From assembly GCA_030533105.1 (NCBI GenBank), contig JAUNJT010000003.1:1-40951 (forward strand): DNA of 40,951 nucleotides. Direction: 5' to 3'. Every line of letters begins with the position of its first letter. Position 1 is the first letter of the stretch. Of this stretch, positions 26,014 to 36,188 are shown piece after piece. The stretch comes from Eggerthellaceae bacterium. GTDB taxonomy: Bacteria; Actinomycetota; Coriobacteriia; Coriobacteriales; Eggerthellaceae. The translations under genes were made by a program, and so were the position numbers. The notes under the pieces were generated by a model that saw only the letters and a program-made list of their open reading frames with translations, was not told the origin of the DNA and made no database searches.

Positions 26014-28347
26014 ATGCCTGACAACAATAAGAAGCATCCCGAACCTAGAAACTTCGACGTTCGCACCGCAATCATGTGGGCGGCTTTCGTCATCTTGTTC
26101 CTCATCTTCATGGGCGAGGGCATGTTCGGGGGTTCGTCGCGCGATACCGATACGCTCATCACTTCGGAATTCGTCGCCGCGGTCGAAGAAGGTCGCGTGA
26201 ACGACGTCGTATACAGCGCTGGCGATTATACCGTCAGCGGTACGTATTACCCCGCCATCACCGCAGGGTCCACCACGGCTGAAGCCTTCAATGCAGCGAT
26301 TTCGGCATTAAACAGCGCAACAGGTGGTTATGGCCTTGGCGGCATCGAGACCGAGCGCCTTCAATCGGTGACGCTTGGTTCGCTGCGCAATTACACGTCC
26401 ACGTATGTGGGGCAGGATTCCCTGCTCGAATTGCTTTCCTCGCATCCTGATGTGAGTTTCGAGGTCAAACTGCCATCGCCATGGCTGGAGATGCTCGGTA
26501 CCTTCCTGCCCATCCTTTTGATTGCCGGCTTGGTCATCTTCTTCTTCACGCAGATGATGAAGGCGAACAATTCTCAAATGAATTTCGGCAAAGCGAAAAC
26601 CAAGAAGGCATTGGAAGAACGCCCCGATGTGCACTTCTCCGATGTCGCTGGCGTTGATGAGGCTGTCGAGGAGATGAGGGAGATTAAGGACTTCCTCTCG
26701 AATCCCGCTAAATACCAGGCGATGGGCGCCAAGATACCTCGCGGCTGTCTGCTTGTCGGCCCTCCGGGCACAGGCAAGACCTTGCTCGCAAAGGCGGTTG
26801 CCGGCGAGGCTGGAGTTCCCTTCTTCAGCATCTCGGGCTCGGACTTCGTCGAGATGTTCGTCGGCGTTGGCGCGAGCCGCGTGCGCGATTTGTTCCAGCA
26901 AGCGAAAGACGCTGCTCCTTCCATCATCTTCATCGATGAGATCGATGCGGTCGGCCGTCAGCGCGGTGCTGGTTTGGGCGGCGGACATGACGAGCGCGAG
27001 CAAACGCTCAATCAGTTGCTCGTCGAGATGGATGGATTCGAGTCAAATGAATCCGTCGTGCTCATCGCCGCAACAAACCGTGTGGACATCCTCGATCCGG
27101 CGCTTCTGCGTCCTGGTCGTTTCGATCGCCAGATCGTGGTTGATGTGCCTGACTTGAAGGGTAGGGAACGCATCCTCGAGGTGCATGCCAAGAACAAGCC
27201 CATCGGTTCGGATGTCGATTTGGCGAAGATCGCCAAGCTGACCCCTGGATTCACCGGTGCGGACTTGGCCAATCTCATGAACGAGAGCGCGTTGCTTACT
27301 GCGCGCCGCAACAAGAAGATCATCACCATGCGTGAAGTGCAAGAGTCCATGGAGCGCGTGATTGCAGGACCGGAGCGCAAGGGTCGTATCCTCGACGAGC
27401 GTACGCGCCATACGATCGCGTATCACGAGAGCGGTCATGCACTGGTTGGGCATACGCTGCCGCATGCAGATCCCGTTCACAAGATCTCGATCATCTCGCG
27501 TGGTCGTGCCTTGGGCTATACGCTTTCGATCCCGAAGGAAGATAAGGTCTTAAGCTCGCTTTCCGAGATGCGTGATGAACTAGCTGTGTTCATGGGCGGT
27601 CGCGTTGCCGAGGAGATTTTCTGCGACGACATCACCACGGGTGCGAGCAACGATCTCGAGCGCGCCACGAAGATGGCTCGTGCCATCGTGACGCAATACG
27701 GCATGAGCGCCGAACTCGGAACGCAGGTGTTCGGCCAGCCGAATCACGAGGTATTCTTGGGACGCGATTATGGCAATACGCAAGATTATTCCGAAGAGAC
27801 AGCGCGCCGCATCGATGATGAGGTTGCCCGCATCATGAAAGAAGCGCACGATCGTGCCTACGAGATCTTAAGCTCTCATCGTGAGCAGATGGATTTGATG
27901 GCAAGCGTTCTGCTCGAACGCGAGACGGTCGATGGTGAGGCATGCGAGGCCTTGCTGAACAATACATGGGATGATTATCTGCTTCACGAAGCCGAGATCA
28001 TTGCCCGTCATGAGCGCGAGGAAGCCGAAGCACGTGCGAAGGACGCCATGCTTGCCGGCTCGAATCGGCATGCGTTGCATGAGCCGGCGATCATCGTTGA
28101 CGAGCCCGAGATCATCATGGGCGAGACCGATGAGGAAGGCGTGTTCAAGGCTGACGAGGCATTCGATAATTTCGACAGCAATGACGATAGCGATAACGAC
28201 TTCTTCAGACAGTTCGACGCCAAACGCGCAAGTGATGCGAAGAAGCATCATCCAGCGGCCTTTAAGGTTCCCGATGAAAAGCTATCCGATGAGGTCGTTG
28301 ATTCGGTTGATGCCGAGGGTGAACCAGACGAAAAAGAAAAGCAATAG
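26014..28347 (+). CDS. ftsH: ATP-dependent zinc metalloprotease FtsH
   Basis: 777 aa. Two TM helices around an extracytoplasmic loop, [36 protein letters not shown], and an acidic C-terminal tail. Confidence 0.97.
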   Translation: MPDNNKKHPEPRNFDVRTAIMWAAFVILFLIFMGEGMFGGSSRDTDTLITSEFVAAVEEGRVNDVVYSAGDYTVSGTYYPAITAGSTTAEAFNAAISALNSATGGYGLGGIETERLQSVTLGSLRNYTSTYVGQDSLLELLSSHPDVSFEVKLPSPWLEMLGTFLPILLIAGLVIFFFTQMMKANNSQMNFGKAKTKKALEERPDVHFSDVAGVDEAVEEMREIKDFLSNPAKYQAMGAKIPRGCLLVGPPGTGKTLLAKAVAGEAGVPFFSISGSDFVEMFVGVGASRVRDLFQQAKDAAPSIIFIDEIDAVGRQRGAGLGGGHDEREQTLNQLLVEMDGFESNESVVLIAATNRVDILDPALLRPGRFDRQIVVDVPDLKGRERILEVHAKNKPIGSDVDLAKIAKLTPGFTGADLANLMNESALLTARRNKKIITMREVQESMERVIAGPERKGRILDERTRHTIAYHESGHALVGHTLPHADPVHKISIISRGRALGYTLSIPKEDKVLSSLSEMRDELAVFMGGRVAEEIFCDDITTGASNDLERATKMARAIVTQYGMSAELGTQVFGQPNHEVFLGRDYGNTQDYSEETARRIDDEVARIMKEAHDRAYEILSSHREQMDLMASVLLERETVDGEACEALLNNTWDDYLLHEAEIIARHEREEAEARAKDAMLAGSNRHALHEPAIIVDEPEIIMGETDEEGVFKADEAFDNFDSNDDSDNDFFRQFDAKRASDAKKHHPAAFKVPDEKLSDEVVDSVDAEGEPDEKEKQ

Positions 28348-28356
28348 GAGGCATGC

Positions 28357-29682
28357 GTGAACTGGCATTGCTCATCATTTGATTTCGATACTCAGATGCC
28401 CATAATCATGGGCATCTTGAACCTTACTCCCGATTCGTTTTCGGATGGGGGTTCGTATGCTTCCTTGCAAGCGGCGCTTGATCAAGCTCATGCGATGATC
28501 GAGCAAGGTGCCCAGATCATCGATATTGGCGGTGAATCAACGCGTCCTGGGAGCGATGAGGTTTCCATCAGCGAAGAGATCAACCGCGTCATCGATGCGG
28601 TACGCGCGCTTTCGGATGAAGGTCTGTGCGTCAGCATCGATACGCGCCATGCCGAAGTGGCACGTGCATGCGTAGACCAAGGTGCCTCGATCATCAATGA
28701 CGTGTCAGGTTTCCGCGACCCTGCGATGGTCGAGGTCGCCAAATCCTGCGATGCGGGCCTAGTGGTCATGCATATGAAGGGCGAGCCGAAGACCATGCAA
28801 AACGACCCTCACTATGACGATGTGGTCGTTGAGGTTTGCGAGTATCTCGATCAGCAAGCTTCGATGTTGCAAGAGCAGGGAATCGAAAAAAACCGTATCT
28901 GCGTTGATCCGGGCCCGGGCTTCGGGAAGACTCCGCAGCAGACCATCGAGCTCGTGCGCAACTTCCAAGAGATTCGCCGACTCGGCTATCCAGTCATGGC
29001 CGCGCTTTCGCGCAAAAGCTATATCGGCTATGCCTACAACATCGATGTTCCTGCCGATAGAGATGATGCATCCGCAGCCGAGGCGCTGATGGCATGCGAG
29101 CTCGGTGCAAGCATCCTTCGCGTGCATAACGTCGAGCGGACGGTGCAAGAGCTTGCCAACTTGCGTCCGCTCGTGTTCCTAGCGCTTGGCTGCAATGTCG
29201 CACTCGTTGGTAATGACGGTGAGGAAACGGAAGGGAAGATCGCCCAGCTCAATCATGCTATCGGTGAATTATGCATGTTGCCCGATTCGCAGATCATCGA
29301 TATTTCGAGCTTCTATGAAAGCGAGCCTGCGTACTACGCGGATCAGGATACGTTCGTGAATGCCGTTGTCAGCATGCGCACCGGCATCCCTCCCAAAGAA
29401 CTACTCGATTATCTACATACTATCGAGGACAGTCTCGGCCGAGTGCGTGAGATACGCAATGGTCCGCGCACGTGCGACCTCGATATCCTTGATTACCAGA
29501 TGTATGTGGTGAACACTGATGTGCTGACGCTGCCGCATCCGCGCATTTGCGAGCGCGACTTCGTGGTGAAGCCGTTTATGGAAATCGCTCCAGGTCACAT
29601 CCTCGCCGATGGAACGCCCGTTGAGTCAGTTCCTGAGGAAGAACGCATCGGACGTGCGCATCGCATCGAGCGGTCGTTATAA
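28357..29682 (+). CDS. folP: Bifunctional dihydropteroate synthase / HPPK (FolP::FolK fusion)
   Basis: GTG start 5 nt after AGGAGG. FolP part: GILNLTPDSFSDGG, DIGGESTRPG. FolK part: SSFYESEP, GPRTCDLDIL, LTLPHPR. Confidence 0.9.
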   Translation: MNWHCSSFDFDTQMPIIMGILNLTPDSFSDGGSYASLQAALDQAHAMIEQGAQIIDIGGESTRPGSDEVSISEEINRVIDAVRALSDEGLCVSIDTRHAEVARACVDQGASIINDVSGFRDPAMVEVAKSCDAGLVVMHMKGEPKTMQNDPHYDDVVVEVCEYLDQQASMLQEQGIEKNRICVDPGPGFGKTPQQTIELVRNFQEIRRLGYPVMAALSRKSYIGYAYNIDVPADRDDASAAEALMACELGASILRVHNVERTVQELANLRPLVFLALGCNVALVGNDGEETEGKIAQLNHAIGELCMLPDSQIIDISSFYESEPAYYADQDTFVNAVVSMRTGIPPKELLDYLHTIEDSLGRVREIRNGPRTCDLDILDYQMYVVNTDVLTLPHPRICERDFVVKPFMEIAPGHILADGTPVESVPEEERIGRAHRIERSL

Positions 29683-29740
29683 GTCTACGCAGCGCTTCGA
29701 AAAGAAAGCATGCTTCCGCGAAGAGGAGAAAGAGGTCTTC

Positions 29741-30484
29741 ATGGCTATCAAAGTGAAGTTGATCGCTTCGACCACATCGACGAACGATGAGATCAAAAAA
29801 GCCATCGATGAGGGGAAACCGGAAGGGTTTACCATACGTGCGCTCAGGCAGACGGCCGGTCGCGGTCGCAACGGGCATACGTGGACGAGCCCTGCGGGTA
29901 GCCTGTACATCTCGACCTTGCTGCGTCCCGATGTGCCGGCTGAGCAGCTGCCTTCTTTAAGCTTGCTCGCCGGTCTGGCAGTGTATCGCATGCTCGCCTC
30001 GTATTACGAGGTCAATGGCAAGGAAATCAAACTCAAGTGGCCCAATGACGTCATGGTGACCAAGCCGATCAACGGCAAGCTGGCCGGCATTTTGGTCGAG
30101 GCGCACGGTGATGCGCTCGTGTTGGGCCTCGGGCTCAATGTGAACGAGCCGCAGAATGGTGAAAGCATCGATCCAGCTGCAAGCTACGTGACCTATGTGG
30201 CGAATATCAAGCGCCTCGATACAGCGGATTTCGGACGTGAGTTCCTCGAGCAGTTCTATGCGCTCTACGAGCGTTGGCTTAAGGATGGCTTCGCGCCATT
30301 CAAGGATGAATTCAATGAGGCGATGCTTTTAAGCGGGCGCACCATCGAGCTTGTGGATGCGCTAGGAAACTCTCTTGCGACAGGCATCGCGCAGGGCGTT
30401 GACGAACGCGGCTATTTGGTTCTCGCGTGCGAAGACGGTTCCACGAATGCAGTTGCTTCCGGGGAGGTTCACGTACTTCATTAG
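29741..30484 (+). CDS. birA: Biotin--[acetyl-CoA-carboxylase] ligase (class I, no HTH)
   Basis: Start at ATG 29741 (GAGGAGAAAGAGG SD), giving MAIKVKLIAST. GRGRNGHTWTSPAG motif. 247 aa. Confidence 0.9.
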   Translation: MAIKVKLIASTTSTNDEIKKAIDEGKPEGFTIRALRQTAGRGRNGHTWTSPAGSLYISTLLRPDVPAEQLPSLSLLAGLAVYRMLASYYEVNGKEIKLKWPNDVMVTKPINGKLAGILVEAHGDALVLGLGLNVNEPQNGESIDPAASYVTYVANIKRLDTADFGREFLEQFYALYERWLKDGFAPFKDEFNEAMLLSGRTIELVDALGNSLATGIAQGVDERGYLVLACEDGSTNAVASGEVHVLH

Positions 30485-30539
30485 GCTGCGCAAACGAGAG
30501 GGCTTACACAACGATTGAAGATAAGCTGGTTTTCGAACA

Positions 30540-32222
30540 ATGCTCGAACTCGCGAACATATCATTGCCACTGGATGCGGGGATGCCTGATGGTTCAGGTG
30601 CCCCGCTTGTGTTCTCGGCGGCGCTTGATCAACTTCCTTGCGAGTTGCGCGGTGCGGTTGAGGACGTTTCCATTTTGCGTCGCGCGGTTGATGCACGGAA
30701 AAAATCGGATGTCCATTTCGTTATGACGCTTGGAATAAGCTTTGCCGATGAAGGCTCTGAGCAGCGCGCGCTGCAGTGGCTTCTAGAGCAGGGGAGGCAG
30801 GCGAAAGAGCATTTCCCCTACGAGCCGCTTTCCATCCTCGATTGCTCTGCGGCGGTTTCAGGTGATGATTCTGCGAGGCCTATTGTGGTCGGAACGGGTC
30901 CCGCCGGCCTATTCGCTGCTCTATATTTGGCACGAGCTGGCGCACGTCCGCTTGTGTTGGAGCGGGGTGCAGCCATCGAAGAGCGTGTGGATATCGTTGA
31001 ATCGTTCAACGCAGGTGGCGCGCTCGATACGCGTACGAATATCCAATTCGGCGAGGGCGGCGCAGGAACGTTCTCTGATGGCAAGCTGACCACGAACATC
31101 AAAAGCCCCTATGCGCCCCATGTGCTTCACTGGTTCGTCGATGCGGGAGCGCCGGACGATATTCTCGTAAACGCGAAACCGCATATCGGAACCGATGTGC
31201 TGCGGGGCGTGGTTCGCACGCTGCGCGATCGGATAACGGCTTTCGGGGGAGATGTCCTCTTTCACACGCAACTTGTCGGAATCAGGGCAAGAAACGGTGT
31301 CCTTGAAAGCATACGCGTGCAAAACGCCGATGGTTCAGGATGCGAGATTCCGGCTCGTTTCCTCATCTTGGCCTGTGGGCATTCGGCGCGCGATACGTTC
31401 CAGATGCTTTACGACACGGGCTTCGAACTCACGCAGAAACCCTTCTCAATGGGTGTGCGCATCGAGCATTCGCAAGAAGCCATAAACAAGGCGCAATACG
31501 GTGCATTCTCCAAGCATCCAGCGCTCGGGGCTGCTGACTATAAACTGGCGACGCATCTGGAAAACGGTCGGAGTGCCTATACGTTCTGCATGTGTCCTGG
31601 AGGCAGCGTGGTTTGCGCATCAAGCGAAGAAGGCGGAATCGTCGTGAACGGCATGAGCAACCGCGCCCGTGATGGCCAATATGCCAACAGCGCGCTGCTT
31701 GTCGGTGTGGAACCACGTGATTTCGGCAGCGATCATCCGCTTGCGGGAGTGGAGTTCCAACGGAAATGGGAGAGGACGGCATACGGGCATGCGGTTTCCC
31801 ACGGTGGCGCTCCATATCAGGCACCCGCGCAAACGGTTGCTTCGTTTTTAGACGGAAGAGGCCAAACAGCGGACTGTGCGTTGGATTCAAGCTTTGCCCG
31901 CGGTGTCGTTGCATGCGACTTACATGAATGTCTTCCAGTGTTCGTCTCGGAGACCATAGAGAGAGCTCTGCCGCTTTTCGAAAGGAAGCTTACGGGCTTT
32001 GCAAGCGATGACGCGTTGATGATCGGTATCGAAACGCGCAGCTCGTCGCCTGTACGTATCGTACGCGATGCAACCCTGCAAGCCACAACATGCGCAGGTG
32101 TGTATCCATGCGGCGAAGGGGCGGGCTATGCGGGAGGCATCATGAGCGCTGCTTCAGATGGCCTGCGTGTCGCAGAGCAGCTTGCGCGTGATTTGCAGGA
32201 ACTCGCAAGCTCGAAGGGATAA
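30540..32222 (+). CDS. NAD(P)/FAD-dependent oxidoreductase of unknown function (COG2509-like)
   Basis: 560 aa. Dinucleotide fold VVGTGPAGLFAALYLARAG...LERG and C-terminal YPCGEGAGYAGGI, as in the widespread uncharacterised FAD-dependent dehydrogenases. Confidence 0.8.
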   Translation: MLELANISLPLDAGMPDGSGAPLVFSAALDQLPCELRGAVEDVSILRRAVDARKKSDVHFVMTLGISFADEGSEQRALQWLLEQGRQAKEHFPYEPLSILDCSAAVSGDDSARPIVVGTGPAGLFAALYLARAGARPLVLERGAAIEERVDIVESFNAGGALDTRTNIQFGEGGAGTFSDGKLTTNIKSPYAPHVLHWFVDAGAPDDILVNAKPHIGTDVLRGVVRTLRDRITAFGGDVLFHTQLVGIRARNGVLESIRVQNADGSGCEIPARFLILACGHSARDTFQMLYDTGFELTQKPFSMGVRIEHSQEAINKAQYGAFSKHPALGAADYKLATHLENGRSAYTFCMCPGGSVVCASSEEGGIVVNGMSNRARDGQYANSALLVGVEPRDFGSDHPLAGVEFQRKWERTAYGHAVSHGGAPYQAPAQTVASFLDGRGQTADCALDSSFARGVVACDLHECLPVFVSETIERALPLFERKLTGFASDDALMIGIETRSSSPVRIVRDATLQATTCAGVYPCGEGAGYAGGIMSAASDGLRVAEQLARDLQELASSKG

Positions 32223-32265
32223 GCTTTATCGGTTGGGATGGCCGAGTAAGCACGGCCTGTCCTCT

Positions 32266-32877
32266 CTAGACTCGCACAGACCCTTGGCGCAGCACGCGTG
32301 GGGATGTGTTTGTGCAATCCACTACGGTTGAGGCTACGCCACTCGAGGGAACAGTGCCCTTTACCACCGCTTCGACAGAGCGAAGGATTGCGCCTTCGAG
32401 TTCTTCGAACACAGCTGGCGCGGTGTTTCCCGAAACGTTGGCGCTCGTCGTTGCCAAGGGGCAGCCGCACGCCTCAATCAACGTTAAGGCGATATCGCTA
32501 GCCGGCATGCGCAAGCCGATGGTTCCATCTTTCGATTGAAAACCGTCCGGAACGGCATCGCTTGCGCGGACAATGAGCGTGAGTGCGCCAGGCCAATGGG
32601 CGCGGGCGAGTCCGTATGCCCATTCAGGAATATCCGTGCCGAAGCGGTCAATATCCTCGATGCTTCCTACGAGCCATGCGATAGGCTTTCCATCAGGTCT
32701 TTGCTTGATTTCGGATAGCTGGGAGCAATCCTTTGCAGCTGCAACGGCGATGCCGAGTCCATATACGGTATCGGTTGGGAAAACCACGGGTTTCCCTGCC
32801 AGAAGGAACCGTGCTGCGTCATCTAGCGCAACGATCTTCGCGTTACATGAGGCATTCTGTTGCATTTCATCAGGCAC
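32266..32877 (-). CDS. tsaC: L-threonylcarbamoyladenylate synthase (YrdC/TsaC-type, single domain)
   Basis: 203 aa. VVFPTDTVYGLG, HWPGALTLI, TSANVSG. Confidence 0.88.
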   Translation of the reverse strand: MPDEMQQNASCNAKIVALDDAARFLLAGKPVVFPTDTVYGLGIAVAAAKDCSQLSEIKQRPDGKPIAWLVGSIEDIDRFGTDIPEWAYGLARAHWPGALTLIVRASDAVPDGFQSKDGTIGLRMPASDIALTLIEACGCPLATTSANVSGNTAPAVFEELEGAILRSVEAVVKGTVPSSGVASTVVDCTNTSPRVLRQGSVRV

Positions 32878-33068
32878 GTGCGTTCTCCTTAAGCTGGCCT
32901 TTTCGGATTTACCCTATTGTACGCCATAGGCGGCCATAGGGCTTTGAGCTCTTTCGTCCGTTCCGTAATCTGTGCCGCCTCATTCTCTCGTCGCCTCATC
33001 TCCATTTTCCGCTCCCATGATGTCTTGGCAAGCTCTATACTGGAACCGTAAAAGAGAAAGGACGAATC

Positions 33069-33503
33069 ATGATTATCTCGATGGGAAGCGATCATGCAGG
33101 CTTCGAGCAGAAACAGCAACTCATCGATTATCTGAAGGGCGAGGGCTACGAAGTCGTCGACCTAGGCCCTTTTTCCGATGATCGAGTTGATTATCCCGAT
33201 TATGCGGCCAAAGTCGCGCAACATGTTGTCGAAGGAAAATCGCGTTTCGGCGTGCTCGTGTGCGGCACCGGGATCGGCATGGCCATCGCGGCAAACAAAA
33301 TCCATGGCATCCGTGCGGCAAACGTAACCAGCGCCGAATTCGCCAAGCTTGCCCGAGGGCACAACGATGCGAACATGATCACGCTTTCGGGGCGTTATGT
33401 CGACCTTGAGACGAACGAAGAGATCCTCGATACGTTCTTAACGGCCGAGTTCGAAGGCGGCCGCCATGCACAGCGCGTTGAGAAGATCATGATGCTGGAA
33501 TAA
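33069..33503 (+). CDS. rpiB: Ribose-5-phosphate isomerase B
   Basis: 144 aa. MIISMGSDHAG, CGTGIGMAIAANK. Confidence 0.95.
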   Translation: MIISMGSDHAGFEQKQQLIDYLKGEGYEVVDLGPFSDDRVDYPDYAAKVAQHVVEGKSRFGVLVCGTGIGMAIAANKIHGIRAANVTSAEFAKLARGHNDANMITLSGRYVDLETNEEILDTFLTAEFEGGRHAQRVEKIMMLE

Positions 33504-33593
33504 TGCTCTGTCGAGCGAGCGTTTTTATTGGAATTATGCCGCTACAATAATATTGCGGCTTGAAAGTTCGAGCAATGAAAGGACTGTTCTCCC

Positions 33594-34232
33594 ATGTACG
33601 ATGATCGTGTGACACTTGTCGACCACCCGCTGGTTCAGCATAAGCTCTCCATCCTGCGCGATAAAGACACCTCGTGCAAGCAATTTCGCGAGCTCGTGCG
33701 CGAGATCGCCCTGTTCGAGGGCTATGAAGCGATGCGCGACTTGCCGCTTGAGCCAATCGATATCGAGACGCCGATTGCGCCGATGACGGCACATCAGATT
33801 GCCGGCAAGAAGCTCGTCGTAGTTCCCATTTTGCGCGCTGGCTTAGGCCTTGTCGACGGCATCCTCGAGCTTATGCCTGCTGGTCGCGTTGGCCATCTTG
33901 GCATGTATCGTGATGAGGAGACCCATCAGCCGGTCGCATACTTCGACAAGATGCCGTATGACGTGAGCCAGCGTATGGTCGTGGTCGTCGATCCGATGCT
34001 CGCAACTGGCGGAAGTGCTGCAGCGGCAATCGAGTATCTGCGCGGTCGTGGCGTCGAAGGCACAATCAAGCTCGTAGTTTTAGTGTCTGCCCCTGAGGGT
34101 ATCGAGCGTGTGCTCGCAACCGATCCAGATGTGCATATCTATACAGCTGCCATCGATGAAGGCCTGAATGAGAACGCCTATATCGTGCCGGGTCTCGGCG
34201 ATGCGGGCGACCGTATTTTCGGCACCAAGTAA
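33594..34232 (+). CDS. upp: Uracil phosphoribosyltransferase
   Basis: 212 aa. [42 protein letters not shown]. Confidence 0.96.
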   Translation: MYDDRVTLVDHPLVQHKLSILRDKDTSCKQFRELVREIALFEGYEAMRDLPLEPIDIETPIAPMTAHQIAGKKLVVVPILRAGLGLVDGILELMPAGRVGHLGMYRDEETHQPVAYFDKMPYDVSQRMVVVVDPMLATGGSAAAAIEYLRGRGVEGTIKLVVLVSAPEGIERVLATDPDVHIYTAAIDEGLNENAYIVPGLGDAGDRIFGTK

Positions 34233-34273
34233 GGATTCGCAAGGCAAGAAAAACAGCATGAAAATCAAGAGAA

Positions 34274-34303
34274 GCTCGGATCATCCACGTGGAAGATCCG
34301 AGC
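34274..34303 (+). promoter_or_regulatory. 30-nt near-perfect palindrome/hairpin centred on CACGTG
   Basis: GCTCGGATCATCCAC|GTGGAAGATCCGAGC: 14 of 15 arm positions pair, with a single A.A mismatch. It lies 42 nt after the upp stop and spans the GTG (34289) that opens the longest deaminase ORF. Confidence 0.6.
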
Positions 34304-34324
34304 GCTTACGAGAAGGGAAGAGCA

Positions 34325-34807
34325 TTGGCTGAAGTGGATAATCGACCAAGCTGGGATGAATACTTCATGACGCTTGCTACGCAGGTTTCGTCACGCACTA
34401 CATGCTTGCGGCGTGCGGTTGGCGCGGTTATCGTCAAAGACAAGCGTATCCTCGCCACAGGATACAACGGAGTGCCGATCGGCATTCGCCATTGTGCGGA
34501 AGTCGGCTGTCTGCGCCAGCAGCTCAATGTTCCTTCGGGTCAGAAGCACGAGCTGTGCCGCGGTCTTCACGCGGAGCAAAACGCCATCATCCAAGCTGCA
34601 CGTTATGGCATCGATATTTCGGAGGCATCGATTTACATGACCACCCAGCCATGCGTGGTGTGTGCGAAGATGCTCATCAACGCGGGAATACGCAAGATCG
34701 TGTACGCTAATCCCTACCCGGATGAGCTTGCCTTGTCTATGCTCGAGGAGTCGGGAATCGAGCTACAGGTCTATGAAGGACCCTGTGAATCCGACGTGAA
34801 GGAATAG
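34325..34807 (+). CDS. dCMP (deoxycytidylate) deaminase, ComEB family
   Basis: WDEYFM, HAEQNAI and [13 protein letters not shown] zinc motifs. The track start, GTG 34289, lies in the centre of the palindrome. I prefer TTG 34325 after GAAGGGAAGAG. The start is uncertain. Confidence 0.85.
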   Translation: MAEVDNRPSWDEYFMTLATQVSSRTTCLRRAVGAVIVKDKRILATGYNGVPIGIRHCAEVGCLRQQLNVPSGQKHELCRGLHAEQNAIIQAARYGIDISEASIYMTTQPCVVCAKMLINAGIRKIVYANPYPDELALSMLEESGIELQVYEGPCESDVKE

Positions 34808-34841
34808 CGCTTTCTATCTTCGTTTCTCAGAATCGCGATGT

Positions 34842-34871
34842 AAGGCCGCATGTGTAAAATGGCGGCCTTTT
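34842..34871 (+). terminator. Rho-independent-type terminator after the dCMP deaminase gene
   Basis: 8-bp stem AAGGCCGC / GCGGCCTT with a 12-nt loop, followed by TTCGCACATTTTT. Confidence 0.7.
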
Positions 34872-34974
34872 CGCACATTTTTCCAAAAAATCGCAACATT
34901 TTTCAGGGTACGCCGCTTACGCCTCATTTGCCCTATGTGGCGTGTACGCAAGAGGTCGAATCTATTCCCTTCGG

Positions 34975-34980
34975 TATAAT
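34975..34980 (+). promoter_or_regulatory. Candidate -10 box (TATAAT) of the atp operon
   Basis: Perfect TATAAT 60 nt upstream of ATG 35041. No convincing -35. Confidence 0.35.
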
Positions 34981-35040
34981 CAGTGCGCTTACACAGGTTG
35001 TAGTAAAGCGCTGCGGTACGCAAGTTTTTATGGAAAGTGG

Positions 35041-35325
35041 ATGATGGCTCTCGCAGTTGTACTCGGGGTTGTTTTCGGCGTGATAGGTTCTCTGCCTCTC
35101 TTCGCTGGAATCCGGATCGTCAAGAAGATCCCTGCAACGAACACCTACGGGTTTTTAGGTTTGTTTTTGGGCTGCATTTTCGTCTCCGCAATCCTACTTG
35201 TCGTGCCGCTTTTAGTGTGCTCGAAGGTTGCCCACGATGTGGCGTTTGCTATGGCCGTCGCTGAGCTGCTCGTGTTTTTGGCATTCGTTGTCATCTTGGG
35301 CATTATGCGTATAAAGCAAAAATAG
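35041..35325 (+). CDS. Small membrane protein preceding atpB (AtpI-like)
   Basis: 94 aa from ATG 35041 (GGAAAGTGG SD). Three to four hydrophobic helices. Its position immediately upstream of atpB is the usual atpI slot. The track ORF start at 34942 would run through the promoter region. Confidence 0.55.
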   Translation: MMALAVVLGVVFGVIGSLPLFAGIRIVKKIPATNTYGFLGLFLGCIFVSAILLVVPLLVCSKVAHDVAFAMAVAELLVFLAFVVILGIMRIKQK

Positions 35326-35340
35326 CAGGAGGAATTGTTC

Positions 35341-36138
35341 ATGAACCTTACAGGCGATCCGTTATTTGACATTGCCGCGCCTATTGAGGAGCTGAGCGAA
35401 TCATTCAACTCCACGACGGTATTCAATATCGGTCCGTGGTCCATCTCGCAGTACACATTCTGGATGTTCATCTGCCTGGCGCTCGTCCTCATCGTCGTCC
35501 TTGTCGCCGCCAAGCGCGTGACCTTGGTTCCCAAGAGCAAGTTCGCAAGCATGGTCGAATATGGTTACGATGCCGTACGTCGCAACATGGGAGAGGGCGC
35601 CATTGGCCATGGATATGAGAAGCACATGCCATTTCTGGCATCGCTGTTCTTCTTCATCCTGCTTTCCAATGTCGTCGGTCTGATTCCCGGTTGCAAGACG
35701 CCGACCGGCACGCTGGGCGTCACGTGGGCGCTCGCGTTGTGCTCTTTCGTTTACTTCAATTATTATGGCATCAAGGCCAAGGGCGGTTGGGGATACATCA
35801 AGTCCATCGCTCCGAGCGGGCTTCCAAAACCCATGGTCCCCGTCATCTGGTTCTTCGAATTCTTCTCCCTGGTCATTCGCCTGCTCACGCTGGCCGTCCG
35901 ACTGTACGGCAACATGTTCGCAGGCCACATGATCTTGGGCATCTTCGCCATCATGACGCAGGTGTTCATTATGGATGCAATCGAATATGCATCCGTTATG
36001 ACGGCACTTCCTGCCATCGTATGGTTCCTGTTCATCGCTGTGATGTATCTGCTGGAATGCTTGGTTGCTTTCCTGCAGGCGTATGTGTTCACCATCCTGT
36101 CGGCAGTGTATGTCGGCTTGGCGACGAGCGAACACTAA
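35341..36138 (+). CDS. atpB: F0F1 ATP synthase subunit a
   Basis: ATG 35341, 8 nt after AGGAGG. Polytopic. Conserved LAVRLYGNMFAGH (essential Arg). Confidence 0.95.
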   Translation: MNLTGDPLFDIAAPIEELSESFNSTTVFNIGPWSISQYTFWMFICLALVLIVVLVAAKRVTLVPKSKFASMVEYGYDAVRRNMGEGAIGHGYEKHMPFLASLFFFILLSNVVGLIPGCKTPTGTLGVTWALALCSFVYFNYYGIKAKGGWGYIKSIAPSGLPKPMVPVIWFFEFFSLVIRLLTLAVRLYGNMFAGHMILGIFAIMTQVFIMDAIEYASVMTALPAIVWFLFIAVMYLLECLVAFLQAYVFTILSAVYVGLATSEH

Positions 36139-36188
36139 GTGTGGTACTAAGCCGGATTGGCACGGCTGAGTATATAGTTGGTCAGAGT

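Noticed and set aside
27900-28347. Long acidic C-terminal tail and enlarged extracytoplasmic loop of FtsH (777 aa) as a possible novelty.
   Set aside because: Extended low-complexity C-termini are usual for actinobacterial FtsH. There is no extra domain signature.
33504-33593. Possible PyrR-type attenuator or riboswitch in the rpiB-upp spacer. I also searched the other spacers of 190-290 nt (7691-7981, 12336-12587, 25241-25448, 32878-33068) for riboswitch, sRNA or tRNA signatures.
   Set aside because: I found only short weak hairpins: GCTC/GAGC followed by TTTTT, and GCCGC..GCGGC. I recognised no PyrR binding-loop consensus or other conserved riboswitch core. This cannot be excluded without a covariance-model scan.
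35401-36135. 244-aa minus-strand ORF opposite atpB, and the 221-aa plus-strand out-of-frame ORF at 35691-36356.
   Set aside because: They overlap the conserved a-subunit and c-subunit frames, and their composition is not protein-like.
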